This document shows, piece by piece, positions 29,767-39,604 of a stretch of 47,712 nt of DNA. The notes below the pieces were generated by a model that saw nothing but the letters and a program-made list of their open reading frames with translations, was not told the origin of the DNA and searched no databases. Origin of the DNA: Armatimonadota bacterium (GTDB lineage Bacteria > Armatimonadota > Hebobacteria > CAIYQO01); contig JBBRXO010000009.1 in the NCBI GenBank assembly GCA_038248345.1, positions 1 through 47,712 of the forward strand. Reading direction: 5' to 3'. The first letter of the stretch is position 1; each line of letters begins with the position of its first letter. Both the position numbers and the translations under genes were made by a program.

Positions 29767-31287
29767 CTATATCCCCTCTTCGATATACACTGCGCGCATC
29801 ACTTCGCTCAGCGAGGTGATGCCTGCGCGGGCTTTGGCCAGTGCATCAGCACGCAAGTCGGGATAGCCAGCTTCGGCGATGATAGTGCGTAGTTCGCCGG
29901 AGCTTTTTTTGCGCATGATGCCGAATTTCAGCTGATCGATGAATGGTATAATCTCAAAGATGCCGATGCGGCCGCTGTAGCCGGTGTTGCGGCAACGCCC
30001 ACACCCACGCCCTCGATAGAAGACGGTGTCTGCAACAGTCAGGCCCAGTTTTTGTTTGATATCATCAAAGACATTGTCGCGCTCGCGGCAGTGCTCACAG
30101 ATTTTACGTACCAGACGTTGCGCGATTATCGCATTGATCGAAGAAGCTACCAGGAATGGTTCTGCACCCATGTCGATCATGCGGGTAGCGCCGGCCACCG
30201 CATCGTTGCAATGCAGGGTGCTGAATACCAGGTGCCCGGTGAGCGAGGACTGGATCGCCATCTGCAACGTCTCCGGGTCGCGTATCTCTCCTACCATGAT
30301 AATGTCCGGGTCTTGGCGTAACATCGAGCGTAACCCTGTCGCGAAAGTGAGACCGATCTTCGGGTTTACCTGTATCTGCGTCATGCGCGGAAACTGGTAT
30401 TCCACTGGGTCTTCGATTGTCATAACATTACGCGCCACGCAATCAATTTTCGTCAGACAGGAGTACAGCGTGGTAGTTTTACCGCATCCGGTTGGCCCCG
30501 AGGAGAGTAGCATCCCGAAAGGACGGCTGAGTAGTTCGGTCAGTAGCTGCTGGTGCGCTTTGTTTATGCCCAGTTGAGCGAAGTCCAGCTCTAGTACGCC
30601 TTTGGGTAGCAAGCGGAGTACCGCCTTTTCGCCGGAGATAGATGGCACCAGTGATACGCGTACATCATATTCTTTTTTGTTATGTACAAAGGGGAAGCGG
30701 CCATCCTGGGGTAGGCGGTTCTGACCGATATCCAATTGCGCCAGTATCTTTACGCGCGAGATCATCTGCTGGTGGCCGGTAGGTTCATAGGTGGTGTGGT
30801 CATACAGCATCCCATCTACGCGGAAACGTACGATTACTACGTCCAGATACGGTTCAATATGCACATCTGTGGCACGCGCCCCCGCTGCTTGCTGCAGCAG
30901 GTTATCAATAGTTTTGCTGGCTGATGCTAATTCGCTCGAGTCACCCAGAGATTCTGCAATATTACCCATTTCGCGAAGTAGGTCGGTTGGACGCGCAGGG
31001 GTAACGGTATTATTCGGATAGTGGACGCTGATAGCATGGATGATATCAGTTTGCGAGGCACGTACCGGGGCGATGCGGAAGCCTGTCAGCCGCTTGAGCT
31101 GGTCAAGTAACGGGAGATTACCAGGGTCTGCTACCGCTACGGTTAAAATGCGCATGCCGGAGCGATCCACCAGCGAAATTGGGCACACCGAATAGCGCAG
31201 AGCATCCGTATAATCAATTGCATTCAGTGCATCTGTAGTGACGCGAATATCCTGTGGGCGCACAACTGGTATTGAATCATCACGCAT
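29767..31287 (-). CDS. GspE/PulE/PilB family secretion/pilus assembly ATPase
   Basis: GPTGCGKTT, TIEDPVEY, LRQDPDIIMVGEIRD, TGHLVFSTLH, CxxC...CxxC. ATG 31287 after GGAGGA. Confidence 0.93.
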   Translation of the reverse strand: MRDDSIPVVRPQDIRVTTDALNAIDYTDALRYSVCPISLVDRSGMRILTVAVADPGNLPLLDQLKRLTGFRIAPVRASQTDIIHAISVHYPNNTVTPARPTDLLREMGNIAESLGDSSELASASKTIDNLLQQAAGARATDVHIEPYLDVVIVRFRVDGMLYDHTTYEPTGHQQMISRVKILAQLDIGQNRLPQDGRFPFVHNKKEYDVRVSLVPSISGEKAVLRLLPKGVLELDFAQLGINKAHQQLLTELLSRPFGMLLSSGPTGCGKTTTLYSCLTKIDCVARNVMTIEDPVEYQFPRMTQIQVNPKIGLTFATGLRSMLRQDPDIIMVGEIRDPETLQMAIQSSLTGHLVFSTLHCNDAVAGATRMIDMGAEPFLVASSINAIIAQRLVRKICEHCRERDNVFDDIKQKLGLTVADTVFYRGRGCGRCRNTGYSGRIGIFEIIPFIDQLKFGIMRKKSSGELRTIIAEAGYPDLRADALAKARAGITSLSEVMRAVYIEEGI

Positions 31288-31400
31288 AAAAAATCCTCCC
31301 GCCACTTATGTATAAATATAATACAACGGAATCCCCGTTTACGCTAGTTATACCCGTAGACTGAGGGGAAAATATGACATCTTTTTTTTCTCTTTTCCCC

Positions 31401-31436
31401 TTGACGCCTTTAACCAAACCCTTTACGCTAGTATCA
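31401..31436 (+). promoter_or_regulatory. Putative promoter producing a leaderless hisF mRNA
   Basis: TTGACG, 17 nt, TACGCT, 6 nt, then ATG; no SD. Confidence 0.5.
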
Positions 31437-32194
31437 TGCTTGCAAAACGTGTAATTCCCTGCCTGGACGTGAAGGATGGGCGGGTAGTAAAAGGTACTAA
31501 TTTCCTCGAGCTGCGTGACGCGGGGGATCCGGTGGAACTGGCAGCGTTCTATGACCGTGCCGGGGCGGATGAGCTGGTCTTTCTGGACATCACTGCTTCG
31601 CATGAGCGCCGTGACACCATATTGGATATTGCGGCGCGCACTTCGGAGGAGGTCTTCATCCCGTATTGTGTGGGTGGTGGCATCAAGTCGGTGGAAGATT
31701 TCCGTGCGTTGCTCAAAGTAGGGGCAGATAAAATTGGGATAAATACTGCCGCTGTGGAGCACCCGGAGCTGATCACGGAGGCGGCAGAACGCTTTGGCTC
31801 ACAGTGCGTGGTGGTGGCTATCGACGGACGGTGGAACAACGCGGATAAATACTGGGAGGTCTACCTGCATGGCGGGCGCACCCCTACCGGCAAAAATGTT
31901 GTTGCCTGGGCGGAGGAAGTGGAACGGCGCGGTGGCGGCGAGATCCTTCTCACTAGTATGGATGCCGACGGCACCAAGGCGGGTTATGACCTCAAGCAGA
32001 CGCGCGCAGTGGCGGAGGCAGTAAATATTCCGGTGATCGCCAGTGGTGGCGCAGGTTGCCCGGATGACTTGTATCAGGCGCTCACGGAAGGTAAGGCCGA
32101 CGCCGCCCTCATCGCCAGCATCACCCATTACGGCGAGTATACCATCGGCCAGTTGAAAGATTACTTGCGCGAGCGCGGAGTGCCGGTGCGCTAA
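31436..32194 (+). CDS. hisF: Imidazole glycerol phosphate synthase cyclase subunit
   Basis: [48 protein letters not shown]. Confidence 0.98.
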   Translation: MLAKRVIPCLDVKDGRVVKGTNFLELRDAGDPVELAAFYDRAGADELVFLDITASHERRDTILDIAARTSEEVFIPYCVGGGIKSVEDFRALLKVGADKIGINTAAVEHPELITEAAERFGSQCVVVAIDGRWNNADKYWEVYLHGGRTPTGKNVVAWAEEVERRGGGEILLTSMDADGTKAGYDLKQTRAVAEAVNIPVIASGGAGCPDDLYQALTEGKADAALIASITHYGEYTIGQLKDYLRERGVPVR

Positions 32195-32207
32195 TCAGGG
32201 GAATTCG

Positions 32208-33932
32208 ATGACGTCCAATATTTCGGGAACTGGGCGACTGCCCAGTTTAGATAATAAGATAATGCCCGATACCGAGGAGGTGCGCGCGGCCATTCGCAAC
32301 TCGGCACAGGTGGTTGTGTTGGGGATGAGCCGTACTACGGCACCGAATCGCGAAACATTGGAAAACTGCGCCGCTGAGCTGCTGACGCAGCTTGGAATGC
32401 CCGTAATTTACATTGGTTACGCCATGGTGGCGATCAGCAATTGCTTCTGGGCAGGCCAGTTCGCTGCTGTCCCTTATAAACGCCGTCTACTATTGCTACC
32501 ACATTGTCTCAGCAACGCAGATCTTTGTGTGGGTAGTTATGATTCAGTCGGATTGAACTGCGCCAGCTGTGGAGCATGCAATATTAATGAATATCGAACA
32601 CGCGCAGAGAAGCTGAGTTATCAGGTAATTATCTCCGAGGGGACATCTTCAGCGATGATGAAGGTCATAGACGGCAGTGCGGACGCGATATTGGGAGTAG
32701 CCTGCCTGGATTCATTGGAAAAATCTTTCGCACGTATCGTTGATTTGGGTATTCCCAATATCGCGGTACCGTTATTGCAAGACGGTTGTGTGAATACTGA
32801 GGCGGATGCCCGTGAAATAACCCGCTACTTGGAGATGTTCACCGATCAGCAGGTCACTGGCACCAACAGTTATTTGCCGCTCCTACGTGCCGCTAGCGAT
32901 TTATTTTCTAAAGAGCAGTTCTCCATACTGGCAGGCGGATGTACTGTAGCGGGTAACACTGATGATGCGTTGACTAACACTGAGCGTATCGCTTGCGACT
33001 GGTTGCGCTACGGGGGCAAGCGCTTGCGTCCCTTCGTTACCCTGGCGACCTACGCGGTCGCTCGACAAGGCCGGGAGGCTTTAGCGTCAGATGCACAAGT
33101 TGATAAGATGCTGCCGACTTCTATTAAGCGGCTGGCGTTGGCGATAGAGGTTATGCATAAGGCCTCCCTCATCCATGATGATATTGAAGATAGCGACAAT
33201 TATCGTTATGGACGTGCAACGCTGCATAGCGCTTATGATGTACCGACGGCAATTAACGCAGGCGACTATCTAGTAGGAATGGGCTACCAGTTGATCGCAA
33301 ATGAGGGGAACACCCTGGGTGCCAGTTGTACCGGGGATATCATTCGCGCTTTCAGTAGTGCGCACCTGGCACTCACCCGCGGCCAGGGGGCGGAGCTACA
33401 CTGGCGGCAAAGCAATACGCTGGAGATTAAACCATTAGAGATGCTCTCCATGTATGCACTGAAGACCGCGCCTGCTTTTGAGGTTGCGCTTTACACCGGT
33501 TTGCGCGCCGCGGAAATTGATATCGATTTGAATATGTTAAAGCGGTATGCGATGTATTTAGGTGAGGGATTTCAGGCGTTGAATGACCTGGATGATTGGC
33601 GAGACAACGCACAGAACAAAGTAGAGCGTGGCCTCGATGCATTGGCCGACCGTCCGACCATCATGCGCGCATTCGCTATCGAGGCTCACGCGGGTGAGGA
33701 GCTTGCGTCTTTGCTGGCGATGCGTGATGAGGCACCCGCAGGGGAAGTGGTGGAGCGCATCAGACGGCTATATACTGAGCTGGGAGTATTCACCCGTACA
33801 GAGAAGCTGGTGGAAAAATTACGTGCGCGCGCGCTTAATCAGGCAGAGTCGCTGCCGGATGATGGCTTGCGCGAACTCTTTGCTGTACTGGTGCGCATCG
33901 TCCTGCCTACATCAACAGCACAGGGGACGTAA
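32208..33932 (+). CDS. Polyprenyl synthetase family protein with N-terminal Cys-rich DUF116-like domain
   Basis: LLLPHCL...CASCGAC...GVAC; GGKRLRP, HKASLIHDDIED...RYG (FARM), FQALNDLDD (SARM). Confidence 0.85.
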   Translation: MTSNISGTGRLPSLDNKIMPDTEEVRAAIRNSAQVVVLGMSRTTAPNRETLENCAAELLTQLGMPVIYIGYAMVAISNCFWAGQFAAVPYKRRLLLLPHCLSNADLCVGSYDSVGLNCASCGACNINEYRTRAEKLSYQVIISEGTSSAMMKVIDGSADAILGVACLDSLEKSFARIVDLGIPNIAVPLLQDGCVNTEADAREITRYLEMFTDQQVTGTNSYLPLLRAASDLFSKEQFSILAGGCTVAGNTDDALTNTERIACDWLRYGGKRLRPFVTLATYAVARQGREALASDAQVDKMLPTSIKRLALAIEVMHKASLIHDDIEDSDNYRYGRATLHSAYDVPTAINAGDYLVGMGYQLIANEGNTLGASCTGDIIRAFSSAHLALTRGQGAELHWRQSNTLEIKPLEMLSMYALKTAPAFEVALYTGLRAAEIDIDLNMLKRYAMYLGEGFQALNDLDDWRDNAQNKVERGLDALADRPTIMRAFAIEAHAGEELASLLAMRDEAPAGEVVERIRRLYTELGVFTRTEKLVEKLRARALNQAESLPDDGLRELFAVLVRIVLPTSTAQGT

Positions 33933-33934
33933 CC

Positions 33935-34813
33935 ATGGAAATAAGTTTCCTGGACGGATTGGATGCCATCACTGCGCTGGGTGTAATTCCATTAAGTGCG
34001 AAATTCCTGCAACTACATGGCGGATATGTACGCTCGCGTCAGCAGCCAGACGGCGGATTCCCGGCGCGTCACGGTGCCTCTGATATCTATTATACGGACT
34101 TTGCGGTGCGAACCCTGAAAATATGCGGCGATGTCCGTACTGTGGAGAGTGCGCGGGGATTTTGCCAGCAATCGTCCGCCGTTGATATTGTTACCGCTTT
34201 CTGTAAGATGAATTGTGCGCGCATGTTGGGGGATAGTATCCCGGATTTATCACCGATAATTGCTCGGCAACGAATGGCGGGTGGGGGATATGCGCGGTCA
34301 GGCGACACACAGGTGAGCGCCTACGAGACCTTTCTGGCAGTACTCTGTTATGAGATTCTCGGTGTAAAGGTGTCTTGTGAAGTTGATATTCCGAGTGCCA
34401 TGGAAAGATTGCTGTGTGTTGATGGCGGCTACTCCGAGTTGCCGGGGGCTGGTGTTGGGCAGACGAATGCGACGGCAGCGGCGGTAGCTGCTTTGTTGCG
34501 ATGCGGGGTGGTTGATACGGACGCGACGAAGTTCCTGCTTAGTATGCAGGCAGCGGATGGCGGCCTGACGGCTCACGCCGGGGTAGGGGAGGGTGACCTG
34601 CTTTCCACCTATACAGGGATATTAACACTGTTTAATCTCGATGCGTTGGGGCAGCTGGATTTGCCTGCGGTAGGAAAATTTGTGCGCGAGCTAGCATTAC
34701 CGGCTGGTGGATTTCGCTCATGCCTGCGCGATAGCGAAGCAGACATAGAATATACATATTATGGTATTGGTACGCTGGCAATATTGCGTGCCTACCTGAT
34801 GGCGGTGGCATGA
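33935..34813 (+). CDS. Prenyltransferase/squalene oxidase repeat protein (protein prenyltransferase beta-like)
   Basis: Repeated QxxDGG(F/Y/L) motifs; SDIYYTDFA, DLLSTY, ADIEYTYYG. Confidence 0.8.
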   Translation: MEISFLDGLDAITALGVIPLSAKFLQLHGGYVRSRQQPDGGFPARHGASDIYYTDFAVRTLKICGDVRTVESARGFCQQSSAVDIVTAFCKMNCARMLGDSIPDLSPIIARQRMAGGGYARSGDTQVSAYETFLAVLCYEILGVKVSCEVDIPSAMERLLCVDGGYSELPGAGVGQTNATAAAVAALLRCGVVDTDATKFLLSMQAADGGLTAHAGVGEGDLLSTYTGILTLFNLDALGQLDLPAVGKFVRELALPAGGFRSCLRDSEADIEYTYYGIGTLAILRAYLMAVA

Positions 34814-34814
34814 G

Positions 34815-36101
34815 ATGCGAATTGTATATATTGCGGTAGGGTCGGGAAGTATGTATTGCGGTGCCTGCGCGCGCGATATAACACTTGTACGTGCCTTGCT
34901 TCATTTTGGCCACGATGTGGAGATTATTCCGCTATATACCCCGTTGAAGATCGAGAAGCAGGACGAGCTGCCGATTACACCGGTACAATATGGAGCTGTG
35001 AATGCCTATCTGCAGCAACTATCGGAATTATTTCAGCATATTCCGGCGTTTATTGCACAGGCGCTAGATTCTCCAGCATTTCTCACATGGGTGGGGCAGT
35101 TTGCCGTTAGCACGCGGGCTAGTGAAGTTGGGGCCATGGCCGTCTCCATACTCGCCGGGCGCGATGGCAAACAGCGCAAGGAGTTGGATAAGCTCCTTGA
35201 CTATCTGGGGAAGGGTGACCACCCTGATCTGGTGAGCATTACCAACACCATGCTCAGTGGCATCGCTCCGGCGGTGAAAGAGCGGCTGCAGGTGCCGGTA
35301 CTTTGTGCATTGCAAGGTGAGGACAGTTTTATGGATGCCATGGGTACCCCCTATGCAGAACAGGCGAACGCATTAGTGCGGCGGAATGCGCAACAGATTG
35401 ACCTCTTCGTTACTTTCAGCTTTTCCTATGCAGACCGCATGGCAAAGTACCTGGATGTCCCGCGTGCGAAAATCCGTGTGGTTCGTCCAGGTGTTGATAC
35501 CGCTGATTACCCGGTGGTGCAGCAGCGGCTACGCGTTCCCTTTACTATTGGCTATCTTTCAGTGATAACCCGCATGAAGGGGTTGGATATATTGGTAGAG
35601 GCTACGCGTATTTTACTTGCTGATGGCCGTGATATCTTTCTGAAGTTCGCCGGAAAAGTACTTGATGCTAAATATTTCGCTGAGATTAGCGACGCCATTG
35701 ATAATGCGGGTATGGCGGGGCGCGTGACCATCTCAGAGGAAGTAGAGATGGGGAAGAAGCAGGCATTTTTACAGAGTTGCAGTGTATTCAGCGTTCCCAG
35801 CCGCATCCAGGAATCACGCGGCATGGCGATACTGGAGGCGATGTCTACCGGTATACCGGTGATAGTCCCGGAGACGGGTATCTACCCGGAGATGATAAAT
35901 ATGACGCAGGGCGGAATCACCGTGCCCCCCGACGACCCGGTGAAATTGGCGGCGGCCATCGTACGTCTCATGGATGACCCGGATGAGGCAGATGCAATGG
36001 GAAAGAGAGCCCGGGCAGGAGTGGAACAGTATTTTGAAGCAACGCAAACTGCGCGGGATATGGAAGAGATATACCTTGGAATGCTAACATCAAAAACGTA
36101 G
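34815..36101 (+). CDS. Glycosyltransferase family 4 protein
   Basis: KGLDIL, PSRIQESRGMAILEAMSTGIPV; N-terminal MYCGACARD. Confidence 0.88.
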   Translation: MRIVYIAVGSGSMYCGACARDITLVRALLHFGHDVEIIPLYTPLKIEKQDELPITPVQYGAVNAYLQQLSELFQHIPAFIAQALDSPAFLTWVGQFAVSTRASEVGAMAVSILAGRDGKQRKELDKLLDYLGKGDHPDLVSITNTMLSGIAPAVKERLQVPVLCALQGEDSFMDAMGTPYAEQANALVRRNAQQIDLFVTFSFSYADRMAKYLDVPRAKIRVVRPGVDTADYPVVQQRLRVPFTIGYLSVITRMKGLDILVEATRILLADGRDIFLKFAGKVLDAKYFAEISDAIDNAGMAGRVTISEEVEMGKKQAFLQSCSVFSVPSRIQESRGMAILEAMSTGIPVIVPETGIYPEMINMTQGGITVPPDDPVKLAAAIVRLMDDPDEADAMGKRARAGVEQYFEATQTARDMEEIYLGMLTSKT

Positions 36102-36116
36102 AAAGAGTTGTTTTGC

Positions 36117-36791
36117 ATGATTACCGCATTAATACTTGATTTCGATGGCCTGATTATCGATACGGAAACCCCGGATTATCAATCGTGGTTGGAGGTATAT
36201 CATACAATGGGCGCTGAATTGCCGTTGGCAGTGTGGGCGGAATGTATCGGGCGTGCCTGGAGTTCTTTTGATCCGCTGGAATATCTGGAGCGGCAGCTTG
36301 AGGCATTGCCAAATCGTGATGAGATTCGTGTGCTACGGCACCAGCGCTACCTCGAAATGGTCGACGTGCAGCCAGTGCTTCCGGGTGTATTGGATTATAT
36401 CGACCAGGCGCACGGTAGCGGGATGCAAGTTGCCATCGCCTCATCTTCTCCACATAGATGGGTCGATCGTCATTTGGAAATTCGTGGCATCAATGAATTG
36501 TTTGACGTTATCATCTGTGCCGAGGATGCGGAAAATTCCAAGCCTGCTCCTGACCTTTATCTGACCACGCTGTCTGCGTTAGGGATTTCGGCAACGGATG
36601 CTATTGCTTTCGAGGACTCCCCCAATGGCATCACCTCCGCCCGCACGGCAGGGATCTATTGCGTGGCAGTGCCCAACCCCATGACAGTCAATCTCCTCCT
36701 CGCTCATGCAAACCGATTAATACCTTCACTGGCAGCGATTGGGTTGATCGAGTTGATGGCACAAATATTTCCCCCAGCCTCGTGCCGATAA
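36117..36791 (+). CDS. HAD-IA family phosphatase
   Basis: DFDGLIIDTE, KPAPDLY, FEDSPNG. Confidence 0.9.
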   Translation: MITALILDFDGLIIDTETPDYQSWLEVYHTMGAELPLAVWAECIGRAWSSFDPLEYLERQLEALPNRDEIRVLRHQRYLEMVDVQPVLPGVLDYIDQAHGSGMQVAIASSSPHRWVDRHLEIRGINELFDVIICAEDAENSKPAPDLYLTTLSALGISATDAIAFEDSPNGITSARTAGIYCVAVPNPMTVNLLLAHANRLIPSLAAIGLIELMAQIFPPASCR

Positions 36792-36821
36792 ATGTTATAA
36801 TTTCGTATCCACTGGGGAATA

Positions 36822-37973
36822 ATGGATGGGAAAGGTAAAATAATTACAATGATTAGCAGTTTGTCAGGTGTTTTAGGTTTTCTGATAATATTTGGGGCAA
36901 TTGTGTTCGTGCATGAGTTCGGGCATTATATCGTCGCCAAGTTGAGCGGCATGATTGTACCTAATTTCTCACTCGGATTCGGGCCGCCGATCTTCAAGTG
37001 GGTGCGCAATGGTACCACCTATGCTGTGCGGGCGATTCCGCTGGGCGGCTATGTAGAAATAGCCGGGATGGAACCTTCGGAGAATGATGAGACGGATGAA
37101 GGTAAGGGACTGATAAGCGACTACAATAACAAACCGTGGTTCAGCAAGTTCGCCGTGATTGTCGCCGGGGCGGTGATGAATTTCATCTTCGCACTACTGG
37201 TCATCATTTTCATTGGTATGGCAATCGGTGAGCTGCAGCCGGGCAAAGATACCTATATCGGTGGTGTGAATCCAACATCCCCGGCGGAAAAAGCCGGGCT
37301 GCAAGCGGGTGACAAAATCGTCCAGATAAATGAGATTAGCAACCCAAGTGGCGATGTCATAAGAGACACTATCAAAAATTCGCCCAAGGAAGTGAGTCTA
37401 GTGGTAGATCGGCTGGGACAACGTGTTACTGTAGTCGTTTCGCCCATTGAGATCCGCTACCCGGATCGCGGCAACAGCTTGATATATGAGATAAAGACCT
37501 TTCATGGTATTGGAGTTTCCCTGGCCACCTCTTCGGGGGAATTTAAACGGATGGGGCTGGTAGATTCAGTGGTAATGGGTACGCGCAATATCTCCTTTAT
37601 CATGATGGAATCGGTGGCATCTATTGTTTCGCTGGTTACGGGCCATGTCTCTTTGCAGGATTTGAGCGGGCCGGTAGGTATCATGCGAATATCATATGGC
37701 GCTACTAAGAATGCGGTATCTTCGTTGATGGGAATTACCAGCGCGCTCTCTCTGATGGCGTTTCTCTCGGTGGCGATCGGCTTCACCAATCTTCTGCCCT
37801 TCCCGGCGCTCGATGGTGGTCGGTTGGTCTTCATTATCTGGGAGGGAATCCGTGGTAAGCCGGTTGATCGCAACAAGGAAGCGATGGTACACATGGTGGG
37901 TATGGCAATTCTCCTCGGGTTGATTCTGTTGATTACCATCAAAGACGTCTGGATGTGGGTGGGTGGAAAGTAA
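36822..37973 (+). CDS. rseP: RIP metalloprotease RseP (M50, PDZ)
   Basis: HEFGH, IPLGGYV, PDZ domain, NLLPFPALDGG. Confidence 0.92.
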   Translation: MDGKGKIITMISSLSGVLGFLIIFGAIVFVHEFGHYIVAKLSGMIVPNFSLGFGPPIFKWVRNGTTYAVRAIPLGGYVEIAGMEPSENDETDEGKGLISDYNNKPWFSKFAVIVAGAVMNFIFALLVIIFIGMAIGELQPGKDTYIGGVNPTSPAEKAGLQAGDKIVQINEISNPSGDVIRDTIKNSPKEVSLVVDRLGQRVTVVVSPIEIRYPDRGNSLIYEIKTFHGIGVSLATSSGEFKRMGLVDSVVMGTRNISFIMMESVASIVSLVTGHVSLQDLSGPVGIMRISYGATKNAVSSLMGITSALSLMAFLSVAIGFTNLLPFPALDGGRLVFIIWEGIRGKPVDRNKEAMVHMVGMAILLGLILLITIKDVWMWVGGK

Positions 37974-37974
37974 T

Positions 37975-39084
37975 ATGGAGGCCGAATATCCGTTATCACG
38001 GCGGGCCACACGCGCAGTGCAGGTGGGCAATATTACCATAGGCGGCGGAGCGCCCATCACCATACAGTCGATGACGAAAACTCCCACGGTGGATATCGAC
38101 GCTACCGTGGCGCAGATATATCTGTTAGAGGATGTTGGGTGCGATATCATCCGCCTCGGAGTCCCTGATACCCTATCCGCGCAAGCATTGGGGGAGATAA
38201 AACGGCAAGTTAAAATCCCGCTGGTGGCAGATATCCACTTTAACCACGAGCTAGCCTTGATTGCCCTGGCTGGCGGCGTAGATAAGCTACGACTGAACCC
38301 CGGCAACCTGAAACGTCCAGAGCATGTGAAAGCGGTGGTAAGCGCCGCTGCTGAACGCAAGGTACCTATTCGCATTGGAGTAAATAACGGTTCTATGGAT
38401 GCGGAGTTACGCTCGCGTTTCCCCTTTACCCCCCTTGGCAACGCACAGGCGCTAGTGGAGAGTGCCTTAACGCATGTTCGCCTGCTGGAAGAGTTGAATT
38501 TTCACGAGATTATCATCTCCCTTAAAGCGAGTGATGTAGTCACTACAGTTTTGGCATATCGCCTGATGTTGAAAGTTCGCGATTACCCGCTCCATATTGG
38601 CATCACCGAGGCAGGCTTGCCGCCGGTAGGGTTGATTCGTTCCAGCGTAGGGGTGGGGGAGTTGTTGGGAGAGGGGATCGGTGACACGTTGCGGATATCG
38701 CTCACTGCTGACCCGCTGGAGGAAGTAGAGGCGGCGTGGCATATTTTGCGTGCGTTGAATTTGCGCAAGGCAGGTGTTCTCCTCACTAGTTGCCCAACCT
38801 GTGCTCGTTGCGATGTGGATTTCAACCCGATAGTGACCGTCATACAGCAACGGCTGAATCCGCTGGATAGACGCCTGCGGAGCGAGGGTAAGTCCCTGCA
38901 TGTGGCAGTGATGGGGTGTGAAGTGAATGGCCCAGGCGAGGCGCGCGATGCTGATGTAGGTATCGCCGGAGGCAAGCATTATGGTATTCTCTTCAGTCAC
39001 GGTGAAGTAATCGGCAAGGTGCCGGAAGCTATGATGATTGATGCATTGATGGATGAGGTCGAAAAGATTACAGGTAAGCTTTAG
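37975..39084 (+). CDS. ispG: (E)-4-hydroxy-3-methylbut-2-enyl-diphosphate synthase
   Basis: IQSMT, PLVADIHF, RIGVN, SCPTCARC, VMGCEVNGPGE. Confidence 0.97.
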   Translation: MEAEYPLSRRATRAVQVGNITIGGGAPITIQSMTKTPTVDIDATVAQIYLLEDVGCDIIRLGVPDTLSAQALGEIKRQVKIPLVADIHFNHELALIALAGGVDKLRLNPGNLKRPEHVKAVVSAAAERKVPIRIGVNNGSMDAELRSRFPFTPLGNAQALVESALTHVRLLEELNFHEIIISLKASDVVTTVLAYRLMLKVRDYPLHIGITEAGLPPVGLIRSSVGVGELLGEGIGDTLRISLTADPLEEVEAAWHILRALNLRKAGVLLTSCPTCARCDVDFNPIVTVIQQRLNPLDRRLRSEGKSLHVAVMGCEVNGPGEARDADVGIAGGKHYGILFSHGEVIGKVPEAMMIDALMDEVEKITGKL

Positions 39085-39108
39085 CCGGGCTGTAGAAAAC
39101 AAACGAGA

Positions 39109-39145
39109 AAATACATCGCCCGCCAACTCGAAGGGCGATGTATTT
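39109..39145. terminator. Probable bidirectional terminator between convergent ispG and csrA
   Basis: 13-bp inverted repeat AAATACATCGCCC / GGGCGATGTATTT. Confidence 0.75.
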
Positions 39146-39165
39146 GGGTGATAAAAGCAGCGAAG

Positions 39166-39369
39166 TTAATCTTCGACTATTACAGCCGGGATTTCTTCTT
39201 CATCTACCTCCACATGGGAGCGTTCTAACAGCTCCTTGCGGTTCACTTTGATCTCAGTCGGAGCGGAAATTCCCAGACGTATCTGGCCGCCACGCACCTC
39301 AAGCACCGTGATTTCGATGCCACCATCGATAACGATACTTTGTCCCGTTTTTCGCGTAAGGACTAACAT
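39166..39369 (-). CDS. csrA: Carbon storage regulator
   Basis: MLVLTRKTGQSIVI...IRLGISAP...VNRKEL. Confidence 0.93.
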   Translation of the reverse strand: MLVLTRKTGQSIVIDGGIEITVLEVRGGQIRLGISAPTEIKVNRKELLERSHVEVDEEEIPAVIVED

Positions 39370-39604
39370 GATTGCACTTCCTTTCAAAAAAAATTTCTTC
39401 CTTGATACTACCCTGATTGCGATATCCCGTTTGGCAAATTAGAATAGAATAACCATATGCCCCCAAAAGCACATCGCCATAGTCCATTATCCATGAATGG
39501 TACTATGATTATGTAATTCTTCCCCGGAATATAATTCCCTTCTAAGTATAATCAGAAACTAATAAAATAGCAATATAATCAAGAGTTTACTCCAAAACTG
39601 CCCG

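Noticed and set aside
37502..39126. Long antisense ORFs (169-249 aa) opposite rseP/ispG, and similar ones opposite ilvB, carB and the ABC genes
   Set aside because: They fully overlap well-supported genes, have no recognisable motifs, and are expected from codon bias.
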